This document shows positions 34,424 to 44,144 of a DNA stretch of 64,000 nt, in pieces. This DNA comes from Kiritimatiellia bacterium (lineage in GTDB: Bacteria > Verrucomicrobiota > Kiritimatiellia > RFP12 > UBA1067): positions 10,807 to 74,806 of the forward strand of contig JAZRVL010000014.1 in NCBI GenBank assembly GCA_045599105.1, read 5' to 3'. The stretch's first letter is position 1; every line of letters starts with the position of its first letter. The notes under the pieces were generated by a model. The model saw nothing but the letters and a program-made list of their open reading frames with translations. It was not told where the DNA came from and made no database searches. The translations under genes were made by a program, and so were the position numbers.

Positions 34424-36927
34424 TGTATTTACGCGAGCTCAATATTTCCGGCTTCAAGAGCTTTGCAGATAAAACGCGTCTCACGTTTGATCCTGGGCTT
34501 ATTGCAATCGTAGGACCTAATGGTTGCGGCAAATCCAATGTTTCGGATGCGATTCGTTGGGTATTGGGTGAGCAGCGTCCAACGGCGCTTCGTTGCTCGA
34601 AGCTTGCGGATGTCGTTTTTAACGGGACAGATACGCGGAAACCTTTGGGGCTTGCAGAAGTTTCAATCACCTTTGATGATTGTGAGAAAGAGCTGGGGAC
34701 GGATTATCACGAAGTTACGATAACGCGTCGTGTTTATCGGGATGGTTCGGGCGAGTATTTCATCAACAAGCAAGCATGCCGACTCAAAGATGTTCAGCGC
34801 CTGTTTATGAATACGGGAATTGGTACTTCCTCCTATTCAGTTATGGCGCAGGGACAAATTGATGCGATTCTTTCGTCCAAGCCAGAGGATCGTCGAGGCA
34901 TTTTCGAGGAAGCGGCGGGCATCATGAAGTTCAAGGCCGACCGCAAGGAGGCATTACGCAAGATCGAGCAGACCGAGCAAAACCTTTTGCGCGAAGCGGA
35001 TGTCTTACGGGAAATGAAGCGTCAAATTGGCTCTTTGCAGCGTCAAGTCGGCAAGGCCAAGAAGTACAAGGAGCTTCGCGATCAATTGCGAGGGCTTGAT
35101 ATTTATGTCTCTAAGCAAAAGATTCACAATTTTGACAAAGAGCTGGAGCAAAATGCGATAAATCACCGAGAGGTCGAAAAGGCGATTCAAGAAGCGCAAG
35201 AAGTTGTCTTAGCTGCGGAGCAAGAAGCGCAGGAGAAGCATGCGGCAATTCACGAGCTCGAGGAACGCTTGCAGACGTTGGCTTCGGAGCAGGCGGCAGC
35301 CGAAGGCGCTTACGCGCGTGCCCGCGAGGTTATTGGCGTTAATGCGACGCGAGTTGAAGAGTACCGTTCGTTTGTCCAGCGCGATTCGACGGAGATGGCG
35401 GCTTCACGGCGCACGCTTGAGGAAGTGCGTATGCAAGCGGAGTCGCTCGCGCAAAAGACGAAGCTTTTAACCGACTCGCTTGTAGCTGCCAAAGAGGCGC
35501 TAAGCAGAAGCGAGAGCGTATTTGCCGAATCTCAAGCGAAGATTGACGCTAAACGCGAAGAAGTTGCGGTAAAGCGCAATGAAGTCGCCAATACCACGCT
35601 TACAGGACGACTCGTCAAAGATAGTGAAGTTGAGCGCGATGGCAAGATTGAGATTTGGAAAGCACTCACGCAAGTTACTACTGCGGATCGGCGCGAGATT
35701 TTGATGGCGGAGATTAGCTCGGTTGAAGGAGAATTGCACGAGCTTGAAGCATCTTCAGTTACCCTTTCGCAAGAGCTCACCGAGCGGAGAATTGCCACGA
35801 GCCAAATGGAGCAAGAGCTTTCCTTCGTCGGTCAGCAAAATGCCATTGCGAGTGAGCGACGCGAGGAGTTGGAGCGTGCGATTGAGGGACGCGAGGCGAT
35901 GATTAAGGACTACGAGGAGTCGATTGCCAAGTTGACCGAGGAGTCGGGCGAGCTAATGACGCAACTTGATGAGCTAAGGGCAAAGGCGTCAAGTTACATA
36001 GATCTCATCAACGATGAGCGGGGTAAGCGCGCATTGATGTTGGAGCGGATTACTGCAGTTGATCGGCAAGTGGCGCAGAAGCGTGCGGCATTGGATCAAG
36101 CGAGAGATTTTCGTGGTAAGCTCGAAGTGCAGGCGACGGAAGTGACTATGCGTCGGCAGAATATTTACGAGCACTTGCAAGATGAGTATGGGCTTTTTGC
36201 GGATGCGGTGATGCGCGAAGCAGATCCAGAGTGGAAAAACGGCGTAGTTCCACCAATGGAGGAGCTTGAGGGAACGGTCGGGAGATTGCAAGCGGAGATT
36301 GCGGAGTTGGGGCCAGTTAATATGGTTGCGATTGAAGAGTGCCAAGAGCTCGAGGAGCGTTACGCCAAGGAGAAGGCGCAGGAGGAGGATTTGCTCGCTG
36401 CCAAGGCGCAACTTTTGGAGCTGATTAACAATCTCAACTCTACGTCGGGCGATATGTTCAAAACGACGTTTGAGCAGGCGAATAAGAACTTTCAGACGAT
36501 GTTCACTCAGCTCTTTGGTGGAGGTGAGGCGCGACTTATTCTCTTGGAGAATGAAGAGGATCCTTTGGAGTGCGGTATTGATATTATTGCTCGTCCTCCA
36601 GGCAAGCGTCCACAGTCGGTGACATTGCTGTCGGGTGGTGAACGTACGATGACAGCAGTAGCGTTGCTCTTTTCAATTTTCATGATTAAGCCAGCTCCAT
36701 TCTGCATGCTGGATGAGCTTGATGCGGCGTTGGATGATGCGAATATTGGACGTTTTGTAGAGCGGCTTAAGGAGTTTCTCGCCCAATCACAATTCTTGAT
36801 TATTACTCACAATCAGCATACGATTGCGGGTAGTGATCTCGTCTACGGGGTATCACAGCAAGAAAAGGGCGTATCGAGGGTAATCTCGATGAAGCTTTCC
36901 GATATCGGAGTTAAGGCGAAGAAGTGA
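34423..36927 (+). CDS. smc: SMC-family chromosome-segregation ATPase, unusually short (834 aa)
   Basis: N-terminus MYLRELNISGFKSFADKTRLTFDPGLIAIVGPNGCGKSN and C-terminus LSGGERTMTAVALLFSIF...CMLDELDAALD are canonical SMC head motifs; long coiled-coil middle; no obvious G-rich hinge. Confidence 0.7.
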   Translation: MYLRELNISGFKSFADKTRLTFDPGLIAIVGPNGCGKSNVSDAIRWVLGEQRPTALRCSKLADVVFNGTDTRKPLGLAEVSITFDDCEKELGTDYHEVTITRRVYRDGSGEYFINKQACRLKDVQRLFMNTGIGTSSYSVMAQGQIDAILSSKPEDRRGIFEEAAGIMKFKADRKEALRKIEQTEQNLLREADVLREMKRQIGSLQRQVGKAKKYKELRDQLRGLDIYVSKQKIHNFDKELEQNAINHREVEKAIQEAQEVVLAAEQEAQEKHAAIHELEERLQTLASEQAAAEGAYARAREVIGVNATRVEEYRSFVQRDSTEMAASRRTLEEVRMQAESLAQKTKLLTDSLVAAKEALSRSESVFAESQAKIDAKREEVAVKRNEVANTTLTGRLVKDSEVERDGKIEIWKALTQVTTADRREILMAEISSVEGELHELEASSVTLSQELTERRIATSQMEQELSFVGQQNAIASERREELERAIEGREAMIKDYEESIAKLTEESGELMTQLDELRAKASSYIDLINDERGKRALMLERITAVDRQVAQKRAALDQARDFRGKLEVQATEVTMRRQNIYEHLQDEYGLFADAVMREADPEWKNGVVPPMEELEGTVGRLQAEIAELGPVNMVAIEECQELEERYAKEKAQEEDLLAAKAQLLELINNLNSTSGDMFKTTFEQANKNFQTMFTQLFGGGEARLILLENEEDPLECGIDIIARPPGKRPQSVTLLSGGERTMTAVALLFSIFMIKPAPFCMLDELDAALDDANIGRFVERLKEFLAQSQFLIITHNQHTIAGSDLVYGVSQQEKGVSRVISMKLSDIGVKAKK

Positions 36928-36931
36928 TTTT

Positions 36932-37008
36932 GGGATCGTAGCTCAACTGGACAGAGCGCGAGTTTCCTAAACTTGAGGTTGGGAGTTCGATTCTCCCCGG
37001 TCCCACCA
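36932..37008 (+). tRNA. tRNA-Arg (anticodon CCT), CCA encoded
   Basis: Acceptor GGGATCG/CGGTCCC; anticodon stem CGAGT/ACTTG with loop TTCCTAA; T-arm GGGAG-TTCGATT-CTCCC; 3' ACCA. Confidence 0.8.
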
Positions 37009-37249
37009 AATCTTTCAGCCCGAGGCCCCCTACTGACTTTTGCTTACTCCTTCCAGAACGCTGATGTAAGCCAACGGGAAGGGCCGAAACGATAGATAAC
37101 CTGGTGGAGCGAGACGACTAAGGTCACCGAGCTATCGGTTCAACTTGCCCAAGATGGCGACCAAAGGCGCGTTCTTTGATGGCAAAAGGTGACGCTCTGA
37201 ATACTTAAAGGCGGGTATTGGCATAAGTCAACCTGGGTTTTGTGTTCGC

Positions 37250-37410
37250 CATAGTTATGGCGATGGTGTCGGCATAGCTATGGCGATGGTATCGACATAG
37301 CTATGGCAACTAAACGACACAGCTATGTCGAATGATGTGGTATAGCTATGAGTGGACTGTCGGTATAGCTATGGCGATTGAGTCGACATAGCTATGTCGG
37401 CTACATTTGT
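37250..37410. repeat. Tandem array of 7 x 23-bp direct repeats, each starting with the 10-bp palindrome CATAGCTATG (one copy CATAGTTATG, others variants)
   Basis: Copies start at 37250, 37273, 37296, 37318, 37341, 37364 and 37387; unit consensus CATAGCTATGGCGATGGTrTCGr. Confidence 0.8.
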
Positions 37411-37687
37411 CAGGTTAGATAATAGAATGTGTCACATTAACGAACAGGATAATGCGCTTTTATATACGTTGACGCCCCACTTGGGGCGGATGTCAAAGTC
37501 GGTTGGGATTGGGCGATACTCGGCTTAGATGAAGAGTACGGGCAGCTTTGGTATCGTATATATAGAACGCACGCGGGGAGACACCCTCCTTTTCGCCAAC
37601 ATCCTTATAAACCAAAAGTCAGCAGGGGGTAAGCCGAAAGTCCGTAGGGGTGTCGGGCTGTCCCCGAATAGCGCGAATAGCGGTGCA

Positions 37688-39580
37688 TTACTTTTTACTG
37701 CTCGTTTTTACCTGAAACTGCAATAATACCATTCCGAACGGCTGAAACTCCACCGCTAATTCGTCATTATTGGCTACGAACTTTGCATCATGCGAATATA
37801 TCGTCTTGGCGCTTTTTCCCTTTATCGTCCACTTCTCTGGCAATTCAAAGATCTCACTATGGGTCAAGCGAATGCTTTGTGCTTTTTCCGACGGATTACG
37901 CAACGCTACAATCGCACTTTTCTTGCTTAATGACGCATAACCATAAATTGCATTTCCACTATCACTTACTGGATCTCCTCCTACCCAATGCACATCACGC
38001 AACGTTCCCGCATTCGCCTTAAGCCACTTTATCGCTTCCGCCAAGATGTCCCACCACTTCTCGTCCATCAAATCAGGCGAAATGTAATACTCTTGCAAAT
38101 CTGTACCACACGCCATTGACATCCAAACTTCATCCGCAAAATCCTGCGTCGAGGTCTCACTCTTGGAAACATCCTCGCAACTTGGCGGACCATGGCGCGT
38201 TACAATGATACCATGATTCATCAGTGAATTAAGCGGAAATAATGGCGCTTTGGCTACAAAGCGGTCGTATATCTGGTTGTCACGATATGTTACCCACTGC
38301 TGACGCGCTCTGCCTGGACCTTTACGACCAAAATCTTGATCTCCACGCCAAATTGAATCGGCAAACATCACCCAAAAAGGCGACGCCCAAGTCCCAACCG
38401 TGCAATTAACAAATACATCTTGCTTAGCCGCACGCATTTCCCCAATGAGCCGCACTATCGCCTCCATGTCTGGCGCATAACTTGCCGGTGCACCATCACA
38501 ATCATGACCAACACCCATACGATCAAACTTAAACAAGTTCATATCGTACTCGTTAATCATCATAACTACTTGATCACGAAACGCCTTATAATAAGCAGGC
38601 GAACTCATTCTAAGTAAGCCATCATTCTGTCCAATAATGCCTTTGGACTTTGCGTACCTCACTCGCGCCGCATTGCTCCCGCCATATCCTCCGCAAGGAC
38701 TCAACCACGCACCAATTGACGCGCCTTTGTTCTTGTGGGCTTCATCGGCAAGCTTGCGAAAGCCATTGGGAAATCCTGGATGAAAATCCCATAGTGAGTC
38801 CCAATTATCCCATCCATCGTCCCACAAATACGAGTCAATAAAGACTCCACGCTTTTCCGAAAGCTCTTTACGGAAATGTTGCATCACCCCCAACGCCTCG
38901 GCCTCGTTCATACGCTTTTGCCATGGTGCATCATTGCGCCCAATATTGATGTCGTACCACGAATTGTAGTGCGGAAGTACGCGATAAGGATGGGCACGCT
39001 CTCGATTAAGATAGGTTTGGAAATTGCGCCGCAACTGACCAGGAATATATTTCCCTACAACATACGAAACTATCCACGTTTCATTGGGCTGAATCTCAAA
39101 CTCACGAGGCAATGTCGCAGTCACCTTCCCTCCATTCACTTGAACTTGCGCCATTGGATGCTCCACGCCCACGAAATAATCGGGAAACACCGCAACACTA
39201 CCATCCGTATTACCACTTATCTTTCCATTCGCCTTGCCGTCAGGCGACCAATCTTTGAGAAATTCAAAGCGATTAATCATTATGGGAGAGTTCGAAACAT
39301 TTTTCACCTCAAACTCACTGCGCACATATCCACCTACACCATTTATGACTCGCCGAACGATTTCCAGACCGTTTTGACTGATTGGCGCACATTCAAAGCC
39401 ACTACGATTCGATCTCTCCGAATACTTGGCCGCAGAAGGATCGCCCTTTAGCGCTAAAGGTTTTGCGCGAACATAAGGAACGGATATTTCCTTACCATTG
39501 CCAAGCACCACTTTTGCGTCTGGCAATTGTGGAGCAGTAAGCGAAACTACCGCAAGAACAATACAAGTATTAATTATCAT
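37688..39580 (-). CDS. Secreted glycoside-hydrolase-like protein (family unassigned)
   Basis: 630 aa with N-terminal signal peptide; Trp/Asp-rich segments (LWDDGWDNWDSLWDF) typical of carbohydrate-active TIM-barrel enzymes; family not recognised by eye. Confidence 0.35.
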   Translation of the reverse strand: MIINTCIVLAVVSLTAPQLPDAKVVLGNGKEISVPYVRAKPLALKGDPSAAKYSERSNRSGFECAPISQNGLEIVRRVINGVGGYVRSEFEVKNVSNSPIMINRFEFLKDWSPDGKANGKISGNTDGSVAVFPDYFVGVEHPMAQVQVNGGKVTATLPREFEIQPNETWIVSYVVGKYIPGQLRRNFQTYLNRERAHPYRVLPHYNSWYDINIGRNDAPWQKRMNEAEALGVMQHFRKELSEKRGVFIDSYLWDDGWDNWDSLWDFHPGFPNGFRKLADEAHKNKGASIGAWLSPCGGYGGSNAARVRYAKSKGIIGQNDGLLRMSSPAYYKAFRDQVVMMINEYDMNLFKFDRMGVGHDCDGAPASYAPDMEAIVRLIGEMRAAKQDVFVNCTVGTWASPFWVMFADSIWRGDQDFGRKGPGRARQQWVTYRDNQIYDRFVAKAPLFPLNSLMNHGIIVTRHGPPSCEDVSKSETSTQDFADEVWMSMACGTDLQEYYISPDLMDEKWWDILAEAIKWLKANAGTLRDVHWVGGDPVSDSGNAIYGYASLSKKSAIVALRNPSEKAQSIRLTHSEIFELPEKWTIKGKSAKTIYSHDAKFVANNDELAVEFQPFGMVLLQFQVKTSSKK

Positions 39581-39616
39581 TATGCCAATTATTATAGCAA
39601 AATATTCGCCTTAGCA

Positions 39617-40513
39617 CTATTGTTTTGCACGAAAAATAGCTAATGCCATAGTAATAATAATCGTAAAGCCAACGATACTATAAATATCTGGTACTTGCGC
39701 AAAAACGAAAAGACCAAAAAGCGATGTGAAGATTATCCCTGAATAGTCATATACTGCTATTTGACGTGGTTCGGCAAATCGATAGGCAAGCGTAATTCCA
39801 AATTGCCCAATCGCTGCGCCTGCGCCCGCGCCAAAAAGAACTAACAATTGTTTGACGTTCATCGGGTGAAAATCAAAAACCATAAACGGCACTGACACTA
39901 AACACGAAAAGCACGAAAATACAAAAATAATAAATGCGCCATTTACTTTATTCTTCCCAAGTCGATGCAAAATCGCATACGCCGCTCCCGCACAAAAACC
40001 ACTAAATAACCCAATAAACGCATCCACTGATAGCCCGCCCGAGAATCCTGGCTTAATAACGAGCAAAGCACCTCCAAACGCACCCAAAGTACACAAAAGT
40101 TGCTTTTTCGTCATTCGCTCATTGAGCATAACATAGCTTAGCACCAAAGTAAAGAATGGTGCGGTCTTGTTGAGTGCCATCGCATCTCCAATTGGAATCT
40201 TTGATAAGGCATAAAAATTAGTGAATATTCCCAATGTCCCCAAGATTGACCTTAGTGCAATATCACGCCACGCAGCAAGCCCAACCATCCTAAGACGAAC
40301 TTCACCTTGTCTCAATGCTTTAAGGAAAAGCGGTAATGCAATCGCAATTGCCACTAAATTGCGAAAAAATGCTTTTTCAATTGCAGGCAAAGCCTCGCCA
40401 ACTACATCCGCCAATCGCACGCATGTCGCCATTAGCGAAAATCCAAGCGCGCTTAGACAAATATTAACGAGTGCCGCCGTTCGCCTTGGCGAGCTTTTTG
40501 AGCTTGGTAGCAT
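39617..40513 (-). CDS. EamA/DMT-family transporter (10 TM)
   Basis: Two EamA-like hydrophobic repeats; 5' end overlaps def by 50 nt, so the start may be the internal Met at ~40432. Confidence 0.65.
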   Translation of the reverse strand: MLPSSKSSPRRTAALVNICLSALGFSLMATCVRLADVVGEALPAIEKAFFRNLVAIAIALPLFLKALRQGEVRLRMVGLAAWRDIALRSILGTLGIFTNFYALSKIPIGDAMALNKTAPFFTLVLSYVMLNERMTKKQLLCTLGAFGGALLVIKPGFSGGLSVDAFIGLFSGFCAGAAYAILHRLGKNKVNGAFIIFVFSCFSCLVSVPFMVFDFHPMNVKQLLVLFGAGAGAAIGQFGITLAYRFAEPRQIAVYDYSGIIFTSLFGLFVFAQVPDIYSIVGFTIIITMALAIFRAKQ

Positions 40514-41009
40514 AAGTAAGGCGCTCCACCGCGCTCATGCGGTCAATATACAAAATCCCATCCAAGTGATCTACTTCATGCTGAATCGCTCGCGCAAGAT
40601 ATCCACGAGCAGTGATCATCTGCGGACGATTATCCTCGTCTAAATATTGACAAACGACTTCTTTAGCCCGTGTAAGTGACCCTCCGATATTGGGAAAACT
40701 AAGACATCCTTCCTTATCGCATTGAGTGCCTTCTTGCGCTACAATTACAGGATTAAACAGCTTAAGCGGCATAGCGATTGGCGCATTGAAAAGCGCATCC
40801 GCCTCGTCCTCACACCCCTCAGGAATGTCAATTACGCACATGCGCTCCAAATGTCCTATCTGCTGCGCGGCAAGCCCTACCCCACCCGCTTTGTGCATGA
40901 CATCCAACATCTCACATGCAAGAATACGCAATTTATCGTCTACCGCACCGATTGTGTGAGCTTTTTCGCGGAGCACTTTTTCTCCGTACTTGTAAACCCT
41001 AAGCGCCAT
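40464..41009 (-). CDS. def: Peptide deformylase
   Basis: Motifs GVGLAAQQIG, EGCLSFP, QHEVDHLDG. Confidence 0.9.
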   Translation of the reverse strand: MALRVYKYGEKVLREKAHTIGAVDDKLRILACEMLDVMHKAGGVGLAAQQIGHLERMCVIDIPEGCEDEADALFNAPIAMPLKLFNPVIVAQEGTQCDKEGCLSFPNIGGSLTRAKEVVCQYLDEDNRPQMITARGYLARAIQHEVDHLDGILYIDRMSAVERLTYATKLKKLAKANGGTR

Positions 41010-41012
41010 TAT

Positions 41013-41444
41013 TTAAACGCCCGTTGACCCAAATCCACCTGCACCACGATCGGTCTCGTCAATAACCTCCGTCTCCTCGACCATAGGTTGAGTGACTGGC
41101 GCAATTACCAATTGGGCAATCTTGTCGCCTTTGGCAACCTTGAAATCAACTTGAGAGAAGTTAGCTAAAATAACCCCAACCTCGCCTCGATACCCCGAGT
41201 CTATGGTCCCAGGCGTATTAAGAACCGTAATTCCGCTTTTAAGCGCCAAACCCGAGCGCGGACGCACTTGCGCTTCGTACATAGGCGGAAGCATCATCAC
41301 CAGCCCCGTATGCACTAACGCCCTACCGCCCGCTGGAATTGTAAGCTCATCCACCGAGCGCAAATCCATCCCCGCATCACTTTTGTGAGCATACGCAGGC
41401 AAAACCGCGTCGGGATGAATCCTTTTGAACTTAAGCGTCATCAC
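41013..41444 (-). CDS. dut: dUTP diphosphatase
   Basis: SDAGMDLR, GLALKSGI, DSGYRGEVGVIL motifs; 143 aa. Confidence 0.9.
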   Translation of the reverse strand: MMTLKFKRIHPDAVLPAYAHKSDAGMDLRSVDELTIPAGGRALVHTGLVMMLPPMYEAQVRPRSGLALKSGITVLNTPGTIDSGYRGEVGVILANFSQVDFKVAKGDKIAQLVIAPVTQPMVEETEVIDETDRGAGGFGSTGV

Positions 41445-43090
41445 TCTTCAGTTTCAATTGGCTCAACTGATGAAATTTCGCCTGGCTCAAAGCCCATGCG
41501 CTCCAAGTTCCACTTAAGCCACGATTCCGGAAGCTCTTGCGCCGCAAGCGAAGCAACATCACGCTGAACTTGCGACTTAAGAATCATCGCCTTGGCCGCA
41601 TCGCCCTCTTTACGATCCTCGCAAACGACAACCAGCGCCTTGCCAGTACCAGTAAGCGTAAAATCCGACACCTCGCCCGCCTTAAGCGACGAAGCAGCAC
41701 GTGCAATTGCCATCTGATCGGGGAAATTGTTTTCCTTCAAATTGGAAACCGAAAAGACGAGATTGGTTGAAACTTCACCTTCGGCAAGCACCGCGTCCTT
41801 GCCCTTGGCAATAATCGCTTCAACCGAACGCTTAAATGCGTCCGCCTTGGCCGCACGAAGCGCACGAGGACGAATGGGTTCTTTGGCCTCCGTAAAGTCA
41901 GGCGTATGCGCTGGATTGGTTGAGAGCTTCTCAATGAGCCATACCGCACGATCAGAGCTCGCGATTCCATAACGCAAATCTTCACTTTCACTATCCAGCT
42001 CCGCAATTACACCATTTAAATCTCGCGCGCCTGGACAAATCTGGAATGAATACTTCATAAAGCCCTCTTGATAAGCGCTATTGTCAATCGTAAACCAATC
42101 GCTCGTCTCAACTTTAAGACCATCCTCTTTCGCGATCTCATCAAGCCGAGATACACCATTGGCGGATTTAACCGCATAAGCTCGATAGCTCAAATTGGTC
42201 TCAAAGAAATTTACCGCCGCAATCTGACGAAGATCCTTTTCAATCTCGCCCTTAACCTCTTCAAATGCCTTCACTGTCTCAACCCCATTAGTGTCGGTAG
42301 AGGTGTACTTGTCAATCGTCGCATCATAACGATCGTGCATCTCATCTTCACTCACTGTCATCTTAGCCAAGACATCGTCTTTGGTCGCATCAAACTTGAT
42401 ATAGCGAATCCTAACCCGCTCTGGAAGCGCAAGCGACTTGACATTGTCGTCATACCACTTTTTGAGTTCATCATCATCGACCGAAACATCATCCGCATCA
42501 TCCTTGGACTGGGCAAAACGCGCTACTTTGACCGTAAAAGTATCGGTCATATCCGCAATCGCCTGCTCAAGCTCCATTGGCGAAGTCCAAGTAGCGCTCC
42601 CAAGCACGTTCTCAGCAATCCGTGTAAGCGTGAGCCGCCGTTTAACCATCGCCTCGTAACGTTCTGGCGTCAGCGAGTTCTCACGCAGAATTCGCTCATA
42701 AAGCGGGAAATTAAACACTCCTGAAACCTTAAACGACGGATCATTGCGAATAAAGCGACGAATTTCGGCATCGGTAGCAACAATGCCATCCTTATCCGCG
42801 ACAACCAATGCGGCATAATTACGCCATGCGCGCTCGTTAATCTCGTTCTGTGGAGTTTTCCAGTCACTTTGACGACCAACACCGCGAAGCTCCTCGGCAA
42901 TAGCCGTAAAGTTCGCCGCATCAATCTCTTCGCCTGCGAGTTTGCCCGCACCAGAACTCACTTTCGCTTCCGTGGGCGCATTCAAATCATCCAAAAGAAA
43001 ATCAAACGCAAAAAACGCCGAAATCGCAATTGCAAACGCACCCCACACCCACTTGTTACGAATAAGTTTATTGAATTGTAGAATTACCAT
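41441..43090 (-). CDS. Membrane-anchored periplasmic chaperone, PpiD/SurA-N-like
   Basis: Single N-terminal TM (WVWGAFAIAISAFFAF) followed by a long SurA_N-like domain; start chosen at Met 43090 (the longer ORF to 43129 overlaps the upstream gene). Confidence 0.5.
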   Translation of the reverse strand: MVILQFNKLIRNKWVWGAFAIAISAFFAFDFLLDDLNAPTEAKVSSGAGKLAGEEIDAANFTAIAEELRGVGRQSDWKTPQNEINERAWRNYAALVVADKDGIVATDAEIRRFIRNDPSFKVSGVFNFPLYERILRENSLTPERYEAMVKRRLTLTRIAENVLGSATWTSPMELEQAIADMTDTFTVKVARFAQSKDDADDVSVDDDELKKWYDDNVKSLALPERVRIRYIKFDATKDDVLAKMTVSEDEMHDRYDATIDKYTSTDTNGVETVKAFEEVKGEIEKDLRQIAAVNFFETNLSYRAYAVKSANGVSRLDEIAKEDGLKVETSDWFTIDNSAYQEGFMKYSFQICPGARDLNGVIAELDSESEDLRYGIASSDRAVWLIEKLSTNPAHTPDFTEAKEPIRPRALRAAKADAFKRSVEAIIAKGKDAVLAEGEVSTNLVFSVSNLKENNFPDQMAIARAASSLKAGEVSDFTLTGTGKALVVVCEDRKEGDAAKAMILKSQVQRDVASLAAQELPESWLKWNLERMGFEPGEISSVEPIETEE

Positions 43091-43094
43091 ACGT

Positions 43095-44144
43095 TCACTC
43101 TTCTTCCTCTGTTTCTTCACTTGTTTCATCTAACGACGTTTCATTTGCCGAAGGTTCATCATCATCAACATCAACCGCAGTTGTCGTTTCCTCTGCAGCT
43201 GCCGCAGCCTGTTTTGCTAAAGCTTCACGATCCTCTTTGCTCGCAACGATAAGCTCACCACTATTTACTTCCGCACGCCCCTCAGCGAAGGAGAAGTGAT
43301 TCTTGATTGTCCCCGCAGCATCAAAAGTCATTACTACCACGCCCATGCGCTCCCCAATCGACAAGACTGCGCGATTGATTTGAACGCGCGACTTGGCAGA
43401 CAAGCGCCAATCCAATTTGGCAGGCTCGGAAGTAAAGACGGGTTTACCAACATCATCCATATCTTCACGCGTCACAATCCCGCGATCAATCGTCATCGGA
43501 TAATCACCGCTTACGCCATAGAGAATTGTTTCCAAATTGTCAGCGCTTGCACGAAGCTTGAACTCGTCGGCAACCCGCATAGGACCAATCGCAAAGTGAC
43601 GTCCTTCAATCGCCATAGTTCCAGTAACACAACGTACCTTAGCTTCAAAACCATCACCCACGTCAGTGTATTCATAAAACGACTCACCAGCCAAATCCTT
43701 GGCAGTAAAACCAGTGGAAGCCACAAAGAACATCCCATTTTGCAGATTATCAGGAAGTTTAAGCTTAAGCCCCCCTCCAAGCAAAACAATGGTGCGTGAC
43801 TTAACTCCAAGCGGCTGCGCCCTTGTACCAAAAGTAGCGCCGTTCTCAATCGTAGCTGTAGAGTTGCGACCAAAGTCAATTATGAGAGATGAATTTACCC
43901 CAGCACGATATTGACTGCCAAGAGGATAGAACTTACCCTCTTCAATCGCTTCCCAAGTTGCAGCATTTGGCTTCATAACCAAACCATCGCCAACGAGCTT
44001 GCGACAGAAAGGCAAGGTCGAAAAGAGTTCTTCTTTGGCCTCCATAGGCGCTGCATCCTTGATGTCAGCTGGAAGATCTTCCTCCGCAATAAGTGTGCCG
44101 ATAGATAATGCCGCTAAAAGCAGCGCAGTTATTTTAGTAGTCAT
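43095..44144 (-). CDS. Hypothetical secreted protein with an acidic C-terminal tail
   Basis: Signal peptide MTTKITALLLAALSIGTLIA; C-terminal DETSEETEEEE; no recognisable domain. Confidence 0.4.
   Translation of the reverse strand: MTTKITALLLAALSIGTLIAEEDLPADIKDAAPMEAKEELFSTLPFCRKLVGDGLVMKPNAATWEAIEEGKFYPLGSQYRAGVNSSLIIDFGRNSTATIENGATFGTRAQPLGVKSRTIVLLGGGLKLKLPDNLQNGMFFVASTGFTAKDLAGESFYEYTDVGDGFEAKVRCVTGTMAIEGRHFAIGPMRVADEFKLRASADNLETILYGVSGDYPMTIDRGIVTREDMDDVGKPVFTSEPAKLDWRLSAKSRVQINRAVLSIGERMGVVVMTFDAAGTIKNHFSFAEGRAEVNSGELIVASKEDREALAKQAAAAAEETTTAVDVDDDEPSANETSLDETSEETEEEE

Noticed and set aside
36932-37690. Integrated prophage or genomic island at tRNA-Arg
   Set aside because: There is no integrase, no duplicated tRNA 3' segment (attR), and the flanking genes are ordinary chromosomal genes. 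Only a non-coding gap with repeats is present
38876-39451. 191-aa + strand ORF and several other + ORFs between 37783 and 39451
   Set aside because: They are antisense to the 630-aa secreted hydrolase gene. They are His/Arg/Ile-rich and implausible
42068-42724. 218-aa + strand ORF
   Set aside because: It is antisense to the PpiD-like chaperone gene
41441-43129. Longer 562-aa PpiD-like ORF
   Set aside because: The start at 43129 overlaps the upstream secreted-protein gene by 35 nt. Met 43090 (MVILQFNKL...) gives the typical PpiD N-terminal TM anchor without overlap. The choice remains uncertain
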